This document shows, piece after piece, positions 1 to 10,095 of a DNA stretch of 64,000 nt. Each line of letters begins with the position of its first letter. Positions within the stretch are counted from its first letter, which is position 1. Location of the stretch: positions 62,001-126,000 of the forward strand of contig NW_019028992.1 in NCBI RefSeq assembly GCF_002105155.1, in the 5' to 3' direction. The stretch is from Lobosporangium transversale (Eukaryota). Made by a program: the position numbers and the translations under genes. The notes beneath the pieces are model-generated. The model was not told the DNA's origin, did not search any database, and was given only the letters and a program-made list of their open reading frames with translations.

Positions 1-1490
1 AGTGTCTTGTTCAGTAAATGTGTTGGCGAAGCCAATGGCGGAGGTATCGATGCCAAACCTGCAGCTCCAGAGATGGCAGACATCCCGATAGTCCCAGGCC
101 GCAGTGTAAGACTTCCCTGGTTCGTCTGCCGATTCGCCCGTATGATTTCAATCTCCGTCTGAAGTCTTTTGATCAAGTCTGCTTTCTTTCCTCCACCATG
201 TTTTCCACGCTGGCGTAACATCTCCTTAAGCTCTGCTACCGTAACATCATCAAAATCAACTCGCTCCATTGCTGCATCCAGCTGTCGCTGTTGTTCTTCC
301 GTCCGCGCCTGGGACGATGAATGCCGAGGAGCAATCCTTCCAATTTGAATTGGGGGCGCTGAGGACCCTGGTGTCGTAATAATCGAAGGACTTGGTAAAG
401 GCACTGACTCATTTCCAGGGGTAACATTGGGCGGAAGAACGAACTTCTTTGCCTTTGCATCTAGACCTAGATTGGGTGGAATTAGAGACGATAGGGTCGG
501 AGCAGTGGACCCTGACGTTTGCCCCAAAGTCGATGACTCGGAGGCTGATCTTCGCCGCTGCATTCCCAAAGCTGCTGCCGCTGCACGTCGTTGTGCAAGA
601 GTAAGAGAAGGTGTCGTCTCCATGTCCTTGACGCCAGCGACGGAATTGAATCCAGGAGTAATGGGGTCCTTGCTTCCTGCTTCTACAGTGACACTCACTG
701 TAGGAATATTTGGAATGGATATTTCGGCTGATACTGCTTTTGCTGTGGGCTTCTTCTTCTTGACAGACGCCGCGCTAGATGATGCAAGATTGCCAGGTGT
801 TTGGTTGGCAGCAATTAATGTCGCTGTCAGTCCTTGTGAGAGATTTGAAGTCTCCGATTTTAGATCAAGGGAGGCACGGTTATTTTTTGATCCATTTTGT
901 CCAAAGAGTGCCTTAATCCCTCCTTGAGATACTCTCGAGGTAGCAGTGGATGGTCTTGGTCTAGATTTGATCTTTGATGGCCCACCTGGAGAGGAAGCAG
1001 GTCCTGGTGATACTTGCCTCGATGAAAAGTAGTCATCACCAGCATAGTTTCCTGGAGAGAGTGGTGACTGCGCGGGCGAGTGACCCGTGGGGAATTGGCT
1101 CATTCCATGTAGATGGTGTGGGAAGTGCTGTTGGAGAGGGGTAGAGTAACCGAGTGGAGCAGGGCTTTGAGGAAGTTGTGTCTGTCTTGCTATTTCCAGT
1201 TGCAGTCGAAGCTGCTCCTGCTGCTGAAGCTGGTATAATCTATGCTGTTGCTGCTGTAGCTGAAGCTGTAGCTGTTGCTGTTGCTGACGCTGTTGCTCCT
1301 GTAATATTTGAAGCTGTAATTGTTGGTTATATTGCGTTTGCTGCCCTTGTTGCGATAATTGTTGATGCGATTGTGGTTGCTGTTGTTGCGGTTGCTGCAG
1401 CTGTCGATGATTTTGTTCTTTTTCTTGCTGTTGCTGCTGCAGCAGTTGTTGTTGTGATGATTGTTGTTGTGGTGATTGTTGCTGCTGTGA

Positions 1491-1521
<31 letters not shown>

Positions 1522-2270
1522 GGTTGTTGCTGTTGTTGCGGAGGCTGCTGATGGTTTTGGTGCAAAAGCAACGACGAAGAACCCGGTATTTCATATGAGA
1601 GCACTGTATTATGTTCTTGTCCCAGGCCATTCTGAATCTGCTGTAGTTGCTCCATTGTAATAGGGGTTTCGGGCGCTTCCGCAATATGGTCCATACTGAA
1701 AAATGAACTCCAGTCGCCTCCGTTAGCATCATTGAGACCATTGTGGAGAGCCATGCCAGTCATGCTCCCCAAAAGAGCGGGATCTGCATAAAGCGATAGC
1801 GTCGAAGGATCAAACTCAAAAGCCGCTTGCCCCGGTACATTAGAAGCTTGTCCTTGATCATAGTTCAAGCCATCACCATGTTGTTGGTGTTGATGCTGCT
1901 GCTGCTGCTGCTGCTGCTGTTGTTGTTGTTGTTGATGGCGTTGTTGTTGATGTTGTTGTAGCTGAGCTTGTTGTTCTTGGTGCTGCTGTTTTTGCTGATG
2001 TTGAGCTTGCAGTAGGGTACTCTGCTGATGTTGTATTTGCTGCTGCAGGTGCTGTCGTTGAAGTAGACCCTGTTGCCCCTGCTGTAGTTGCTCGAGCTGC
2101 ATCTGCTGGAGTTGCTGAAATTGCTGAAGCTGCTGTATATGTGGTCCTTGAACTTGGCTATCATGTGTTACGGTGTAGATAGACCGGTAATCAACAGGAT
2201 AATGCTCGGCCGAGAAAGGCTGAGTAAGTAGGCTGTTATTTGACGAATTTTGTGACGCCTGATGGTACAT
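1..2270 (-). CDS. Glutamine-rich SAP-domain protein (3' end runs off the window)
   Basis: ATG at 2268-2270 (MYHQASQNSS...) is in frame with the window edge (...HLLNKT), so the ORF has no stop and is absent from the ORF track. PolyQ tracts at ~1190-1560 and ~1880-2140. SAP motif DDVTVAELKEMLRQRGKHGGGKKADLIKRL at ~160-250. Confidence 0.85.
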
Positions 2271-3587
2271 CTTGTTGTGCAAGCGTTGCTTGTCAGTAAG
2301 GTATAAATAGTTAGTGGTGAAAAATAAAATAAAGAAAAGTAAAGGTGATAAAGGTCTCCTGTTGAAGCTGAAGAAAAAAAAAAGAGAGACGAGCTGCTTT
2401 TATGTGAAGGATAGGGGCTGAGGCGTGTGAATCTGTTCAGTTTCTGAGCCTCGGTTGAAGAGTAAGTGAACGTGGACTACAAACAGGCCGTAGTCACACT
2501 TCACTCACGGCACCCACAATACTAAAAAAAAATACAGCAAAGATTAGTGTCTATTAGTATTTTTACAGAATGTCATGACTGATAAGATGCATTCAGTCTC
2601 TTGGACAATAGAAAAAAGTATTTCTTTTCACTCTAAACACACATGCACACTCGCACTACGCCTGACTTCTATTGCGACTGTTTGTAAAATGCCGCCATTA
2701 TAAACTATTGTGTCTATTGGGTGTATGAGAATAATTAAAGTAGCAACCTATTGAAGAGTAGCTTACTTTCATCCGCAATTCGCTTCCCATCCTTTTAACA
2801 TGAGTAACAAAAGATGGGACGACATGGTCACTCAAAAAGATCTGGCCCACCACATACACCTCACTGAGAACAATAACGCTTTGTTGTAAATAGATCGATT
2901 CCTTACCAGAAATAAATACAGAACTGTATTGTGTGTTCAGAAAGGGTGTCAGTCAGTATGCTTTTAGTTTGAGGCTGACAAAGGAAGTAATTGCTGATAA
3001 ATGGAGAGGATTTTGAGAACAAAGGGAAGAGTATGCCTGCTTTTGTTAGTGTTGTTGGATAATGCTGGTGCTAAATTAGAACTGAAATGATTGTCTGTAT
3101 AGTTATAGTCGTTGTTGTTGCTTATATAAATACTGTTATTTACAAATTATAGTCTTTCTCTTTGGTGGCGACAGTTTAAAAAAAAGTGATACTGAGCTGA
3201 GTTGTGCTGTGCTGTGCTGTGTTGCGTTGTGCTATATTGTATGCTATCGTGAAGTGACAGAAAGAGCAAGCCGGATTTATTTGTATAAAAGAATAGAAGA
3301 GAAAAGAATGAGACAAAATGCTAGGCGAAGGAATGGAGCCCAAATTCTCAAATTAAAGTAAGAGTGATGAAGGGATCCAACGAGAAAAAGGGCAATGTAG
3401 AAGAGGTGGGCGAGATGTCTGAAAAAACGCATAACGTGACCAAAGCATGACACTCTTTTGTGCTTTCAGGAACACAGGCACTTGTCACTTTTCAGAAGTG
3501 TAAAATCACAGATCAATTATTTTATTTTCTTATTTTTTTATTGGGTCATGATGCTGTCACCCTTTTTATTTTTTTTTTTATCCACAG

Positions 3588-6500
3588 CTAATACGTCCCG
3601 CCCGCATGAGATCCATAGTCCCATGGAGTACCACCCTGAGCTGGCACCGCTCCGTACGGATACCCCTATTAAGTAATTAAGTAATTAAGCAATTAAATAT
3701 TAAAAAAATTAGATTCCGCAATAAGTGCCCTGGGTTATAAAACAATACAGCAAGTACCATACCGGTGTTGGATAGCCATATGCTCCTGTCTGAGCATTCC
3801 ATTGTGGCTGTTGGCCATAGGCTGCAGCTGCTACTGCAGCTACTGTTGGATCCTGAGGTACTGATACAATAGTCGTAACTGCACCATTGATGACACCAGG
3901 ATTAAGTGCATCCGAGCTTGATGAACCCATTGTAACGTCCTCCTGCTTGGCCTGTTTCCTAGCTCTCTCCACTTCATCTGCCTGCTCAGCAGCAGCAGCA
4001 CGCTTCTTAGACTCAACCACAAATACTGAAGGTGTTTTGACATCTGCCTCCAATTGGTTGTACCTTGCTGCCGATGATCCAAATTCCATAACGAAGTCGA
4101 GATAACTTTGCCCGAAATCGTTCTTAATAGACTCGGGTAAACCAGAGTACCGAGCTTGTTCAAAAACTGCTGACACACGTTTCTCGTAGTCATCGCCTAC
4201 ATGTATTTAAAAAAACTTAGTCTCGGTTATGAGTTGACCCTCAAAAAGATTTTATAAAAAATAAAAAATAAAAATAAAAAAAAAAAAAATTACCAGGCTG
4301 ATCCATCTCAAACTTTAGATAGGTCGAAAAATAAAATCGACTGTCAAATTTTCCTTCGCCAGTCTTAAAAATGGCCCGTGCAGCGCCCACATCTTTTTTG
4401 ACCTGCCATAGAAATTTAGCGTACAATGTCACTATGGCCATCTGAGTAACCTCGTCCACATTTTCTAGCCCCAATTGAGATGCATAGACCACCTCGGCTG
4501 CTGCAAGGTCCTGAGGTGATATTCTTCTTTCAAAATTAGCAAAACGAACGATGGTTTCGATGTGTCCAGGCACTGGTCATAGTTAGAACGTAAATGAAGA
4601 CGAACCAAAGTCAATCAATGAGCGCTTTCATGTAAAAAATCGGGCAATAGCGGAACATAGAAAAATATACTCACGATTTTCTAGGATAGTTTGATATTGT
4701 CGACGCGCTGCTACTGTATCACCTCGTTCCTCCTCAACAAGCGCCAATGTGAGGCGGACTGATGGATTAGAAGGAGGGACCATCAGTGCCGCTCTTGAAT
4801 AAATGGTTTGAAGGGCCTCCAAGTCATTTTGAGACCGTGCCCAGGTGCCATAGCGCAGCCAGAATTCCTCGTATAATGCCTATTAGTAATGAACCCAATA
4901 AGGCCGATCATCTGTTAGAAACAAATAAACGATGTCGTGATGACTATTAAAAGAGACAACGAGAGAAACTGAATGAATGGATAAGCAAATGATACTTACA
5001 CAGGTGACAAGGCAGCGCTCATAAAGAATACGGATACGCTCTACATTGCCCTCAGCTTCCTCGAAATCTAGATAGCGACGCCAGTTTGCCAACTGCGGCA
5101 TATCCATCGGTTTAACATGGAAGTAAGGACGTTTAATCTCTGCCTCAAATGGCCATCTCTTGTTCGTCTCTTCGGCTGTGTTAGCATGCACTTTCGCGCT
5201 TTCTTCCATAATCAGTTGACGTATTTCCGTCTCAAGCTGCTCCTGTGACTTCTCTTCTACTGTCGCTGTTGCTTCATGATTTTGGTCCCCTTCTGCATTA
5301 ACTTTGGAATTTGTTAGCTGAGCTTTATATCTATTGTATAACTCTTCCGAAATCAACTCTTTCAGCGGTCGCGATGATAAAAGCTGGACATATCTAATCA
5401 TGCCAGGAAATGAACGAATCAAGCAAAATGAACAAGCAATAAAACATTAGCCAGCCATATAACGAATATTGAGTTCAGTTCATCATGGCGTGAGTGTAAT
5501 TTCTTACTGCTGATAAAATCGAGCGTATTGGTGCATAGGAATCCTGATGATACGCTCCATTAGTGCAGGCAATTTGGTATATTCCTGCCTCTCCTCATAA
5601 AAAGCTATGTACTTGTCCCAGAACACATGAGGCATAAAGTCCATCCCAACGGCTTCCGCTCCACGTTCAAATAATCTATCAAAAGCATATTGTTGACGAC
5701 AGGAGCAGTAGTATTAGTACCAATATTCCAAGGAATACAATACGAACAAAAATACAACCTCAGATGAAATAGTATAAAGGAGAAAATAAATAAATAAAAA
5801 ATTATAAAATAATGAAATAATGAAATAGTGCAATATTGAAAAAATCACATTTTGATCAAAGCAATGCTCATCAGCAGGATCGACAGTGGTTCGTGGTCTT
5901 GGCGACCTCGCAGCCGTGCGCCTAACTCCAACATTCGCATATTTGCGTCGGGCGGAGCAAAATATTTGACAAGAAAATGTCATACTCTCACAAGTATCGC
6001 CAAAGCAAATACTGGTCAGCGCCACAGTCATGGTGTGGTACTGCTGTTTCATCAGAAAACATTTTTGGGTGACCATGCAGAAATACCAAATGCACACAAA
6101 AATTTACAGCAGAACGAAATATTTGCTTGCCCTAGCGTCCTGATATTTAAACCATCGGCTATTGAAATAGAGCTTCCTAATGTCCGTGTTCGTTTTCATA
6201 TCCATGGAAATAGCCAAACTCTAGAAGCAATCGGGTATTTCGTTCCTCAAGACGCGCAGTAGAGACGTCCTGGGGTTGTTTAAAACTTTCTTGTTATGTT
6301 ATGCCACAACCAAGAAGAGTCCAGAATGGTTACAGAGATGGTGATTTACAAGTCGACTGGGAGAGGAGCGTATTTGGTAACACGCGAGGGTAGTGAGAAA
6401 TACAGAAGCAACAAAAAAGGGAATATGCTTTACACAATCGTGCACTCACCGTTCAATAGCATCCGTATCATCTGGCTTTTGCTCCATAACAAACGAGCAA

Positions 6501-7189
6501 TATTGAACCCAAAGGTCGACAGAATTGGAGATGCTTGTAATACCCCGTTCAAAAATCTATATAAAAACCATTAAGTTAGCACCATCGGTTTTTAAGGCCT
6601 GTGAAAGAAAAAAGAATTAATGGCTGAGACAATACCAGCATCTTTTTTTATACCTCAATGGCGCCTTCAACTCCACGTGATAAAAACTCAAGGTCTGAAT
6701 ATTTTTTCCAATAGCCAAAGCAAAGCGGAAATTGACTCAAAAAAGCATCGTAAATCGTTCTGATATTTTTGATGTTGGCTGGAGGTGCCTCTGGGCCAAA
6801 TCCACCGTCTTGTCGATCTGCAAGGCGCATGAGCTCTTCCCAAGTATCAAACTCAGAGGGTGTGGCTTTGACTATAGCCCAACAGCGATCCCATGCCTCG
6901 ATCATAGTGGGATCTGTTGTCGTAGGCATAGGAGCTCCACTAGGTGTAGTAGTTGGCGGTTCAGCTACGGAAGCTGGCTCCTCTGCGACGTCTCCTTGTT
7001 CCTGCTGCTGCTGCTCTGATTGCTGTTCTGATCGCTGCTCGGATTGCTGCTGCTCAAGTTGCTGCTCGACATTGCTTGTTTTGACTATGATGACATGTAG
7101 TCATACAATACAAAGTTAATGAACACATCAGCACTGTCGCTCTGCATTTGTAGACATTAATTTATGCACCAACCTTCAGCGCTCTCCAT
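3588..7189 (-). CDS. PRP39: U1 snRNP protein Prp39 (HAT-repeat pre-mRNA processing factor), multi-exon
   Basis: Spliced ORFs carry FPLCFGYWKKY, LFERGAEAVGMDF, WPFEAEIKRPYFHVKP, NWRRYLDFEE and LYERCLVTC...YEEFWLRY. ATG at 7187-7189 (MESAE|VKT), stop TAG at 3588-3590, GT-AG introns. Confidence 0.93.
5863..6063 (-). ncRNA. Candidate intronic box C/D snoRNA-like RNA inside a PRP39 intron
   Basis: Minus strand shows AAUGUUU-UC-UGAUGA (box C, 6049-6054) ... CUGA-U-GAGCAUU (box D, 5871-5874), with a 7-bp terminal stem (two G-U pairs), an internal CUGA at 6016-6019 and internal hairpins (UUGGCGA/UCGCCAA). No guide target recognised. Confidence 0.45.
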
Positions 7190-7717
7190 GTTTGAATGCT
7201 TGATTATATATTATCAGATCCCTTAATGTTACTCGATAGGTCCTTGATAGGCGATGACCGTAAAACAGAGGAACAAGAAAGGAATTCGGCAAAGATAGGT
7301 CGAATTCAAGATTCGCTTTTACTTGGGATGGATCCTTCAAGAATCTTTTCTGGCTGCTGACCGAAATTTATACGTCACAAGGTGGCTGAGTTGAAGATCC
7401 TCATTTTGGCAAGGAGTATCCAACTTGGAATAAAATGATACCATTTTTTTTTTCATAAATTAGACCAGTGAAGTGGATAAAGAGGTATGAGTGAGACTTT
7501 CAACTTTCATGAAGAGGGGCTATGAATGCCGTGGTGGGAATGATGAAAAGTCAAAGAGCATATCGGAAACCAACCTTGTGAACAAAGAGAAATGAATAGG
7601 CGTCTGCATTGACCACAAGATAAAAGCTATAAAAGCACAAAGAATAATTTAATTTACAGAACATGCCCTCTTTTTCATTCCATTTCATTTCTCCTTGTTA
7701 ATCATCAACAATAAGCC

Positions 7718-8838
7718 ATGTCATTCACTTGTGGATGCAATTCTACCGAGCAACCAAAGGAACCTCAGTTCAAGAAGTCAAAGTATTTTGTAAGTATAAA
7801 AAAAAAATAAGAAATTTATATTACTATAGTCCTAGCGCATTTACACCAGTAGATATACTACAATAGGAAGATATTGCTGCTAGTTTTGCCATCAACACCA
7901 AATACCAGGTAATGACAAGTCAATTGTTCCGTATGTTATGGTGTTATTGTGGCCGAGTTGGCTCGATCCACTTACAATCCTCAACAATTTCTTTTTCTTC
8001 GCTGATATAGACCCTTTCTGCTCAGTACGACCTCTTTTTACGAGAAGCATATCCTTCAATGAGTCCATATCATGCCTCACCTAATCATAGTTTGCTAACC
8101 AAAAAAAAGCTATTTGTCTTTCACTTTTGCTTATCAGTTATTCTTGGCTGGTCGAAGCACGCCGGGACATCCCTAAAAATGCCGTCATTGAAGCCGAGCT
8201 ACATAATCCTGCAGATTTTGCGAATCCGATAAAAGTCAATGCAATTGAACTTCAAGCTCAGGATGGTGAATCGCCATGGTACTTTTTAATTTTAATTTTT
8301 AATTTTTAATTTTTATTATTTATTATTTATTTTTGAGCACAAAAAAGAAAGCTTTGGTGCCAATTGTTAACCAGTTCGGGACCACCTTATCAATGACTAT
8401 GAAATATTGACATCAGGCCGAGCCGTCGGTTTTATGTGCTTTCCCCACGACTCGAGACCCTTAATTGTGGGCTGCACCCAGTAAAGTTGACTGTTTACAA
8501 GGATGAGGTATGGAGAAATATGTTTCGGATCTTGGGCTCGTGAAGTTGCAGTACATTCACAAAGATCAAAAGAATTTTGTACTACCATACAATCTCCACA
8601 AAATCAAACAAGACCACATGTTCAGTCTCGACAAAACTATCCCAACACTAACGTGTTCTTTTTTTAGTCTAAAAAGTCTGTTCTAGGGACCCACGAAAAC
8701 GCCATTCTCTCAAGGATTAACACTCAATACTGCATGAAGGATGAATTCTTGACGAAGATGAAGGAAGTTGCCAAAACTGCAGAGTCGAAATCATTCAAGG
8801 CGGATGGTTCTTCCATTCAGAGTTCTACGGGATCATAG
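7718..8838 (+). CDS. Uncharacterised ~180 aa protein with six exons, including 42-nt and 14-nt microexons
   Basis: Phase-consistent GT-AG splicing gives MSFTCGC...KSKYF|EDIAASFAINTKYQ|TLSAH|YSWLVEARRDIPKNAVIEAELHNPADF...W|PSRRFYVLSPRL...VYKDE|SKKSVLGTHENAILSRIN...GS*. Confidence 0.75.
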
Positions 8839-9255
8839 CTTGTACTTTCCCCTTCGTTTCTCAGCTATGATAATGATTTCAGAGATATTGGCAAACAAAT
8901 TACAAGGATCTAAGCATTACTGTTTGTTCTTTTGTTTAGTCATCCATAGCGGAGAACGAGATGATATTGTCCAAATTTCAAATTCAACAGCAGGGTCGTC
9001 AAGTATTAATGTTGAGATGCACTCTGTCTCAATCTCAGCTTCAGTCAGTGGACGATAAGGAGATACCTACCCTTCTTCAAGTGGCTCACTAACAAATAAC
9101 ATTTAAACATACAACCATAATAAGAAAAAATTAGGCATATGATGCTGATGCATAGCAACTGGGGCTCGATACATTCGGTGTAGTTGTATACGAACCGATG
9201 TGGGTGGAGCAAAGACTGCAAATCTGAAAATAAAATCATCACATTTGCTGTCTAT

Positions 9256-9917
9256 TTAATGTCGTTTCTCAATTTGAAGATGCATCCTATCGACACGGTC
9301 CTGTACAGATTTCAATGTCGAATTGGCGGTCATGATCTGGCGCCTTGCCTTCACAAGTTTTTGAACTGCTGGCTCTACTTCAGGCGGTGCTGCAGAGGAT
9401 GCCATAAATAGCTGGAGCTCTATGGATACAAAATGTGAAAATTAATATATTATAAAGCATTAAAACACAAAAAAAAAAAGGAAGACTTACCCGCCATAAG
9501 GCGTTCGACTTCTTTCTCGAGTTCGGTCTGACTCTTGCGAACAGCAACGATGTTAAAATCCATTTCTTGCACGATTGGTCCTAGTAAAGACATGATTCCA
9601 TCGCTTAGTTTGTCTGATGCATCTTTTGTGCCTTGTTGTTGTTGCTGTAGATCTTCCCCATAAGCTGTGGTTCTTTCATTGAACATGTCTTCTGATGACC
9701 CAGCAAATGCTTCTTTTTGCGCATCTCCATCTTTTAGCTCTTTATCCTGTGTTGACGTTGTCCCAGTTGATGCTTGGGCATTGCTTCTATTCAAAAGATG
9801 GTCATCAGCAATGGCGTCTGCGACTGCCTCTGAAATGGCGCCGCCTGTGTAGGCAGGATCCGGTGTGACAACAACTGGTTGTGGGTATGCGCTGTAGTCT
9901 TTTTGGAAGAATGACAT
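9256..9917 (-). CDS. SNAPIN: Snapin/Snn1-like BLOC-1 subunit (2 exons)
   Basis: LSDGIMSLLGPIVQEMDFNIVAVRKSQTELEKEVERL|ELQ...VQKLVKARRQIMTANSTLKSVQDRVDRM is a coiled coil typical of the snapin family. Intron at ~9420-9490. Confidence 0.8.
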
Positions 9918-9980
9918 TCTGGTGCAAGTGATTGAGACAACAGTGTGCGAAAAAAGCTTCCTCAACAAGTACATTATATT

Positions 9981-9989
9981 TCACGTGAC
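9981..9989. promoter_or_regulatory. TCACGTGAC E-box (Cbf1/CDEI- or CLEAR-like) in a ~180-bp divergent promoter
   Basis: Palindromic CACGTG core between the snapin ATG (9917, minus strand) and the ATG at 10096 (plus strand). Confidence 0.4.
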
Positions 9990-10095
9990 CTGTTTGTGTT
10001 TGTGAATTGATCAGTGTCTCAAGTCACTCCTTCGATATTTAAGAAGCATGGTCTCCATGGGAGAAGACTTCAATAAACGCGCCCTGTGAGCCACC

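Noticed and set aside
427..2164. Ala/Val-rich plus-strand ORFs and Asn/Ser-rich minus-strand ORFs
   Set aside because: Antisense or off-frame shadows of the CAG/CAA polyQ gene.
5860..6060. CUGAUGA motifs as a hammerhead ribozyme; also considered U3, RNase P/MRP, SRP, telomerase RNA and a TPP riboswitch
   Set aside because: No stem II-GAAA core, and none of the diagnostic motifs or a telomeric template could be found.
5852..6262. 136-aa plus-strand ORF and 127-aa minus-strand ORF inside the PRP39 intron
   Set aside because: No recognisable protein features, and the 136-aa ORF begins at TTG. The region is better explained as structured RNA.
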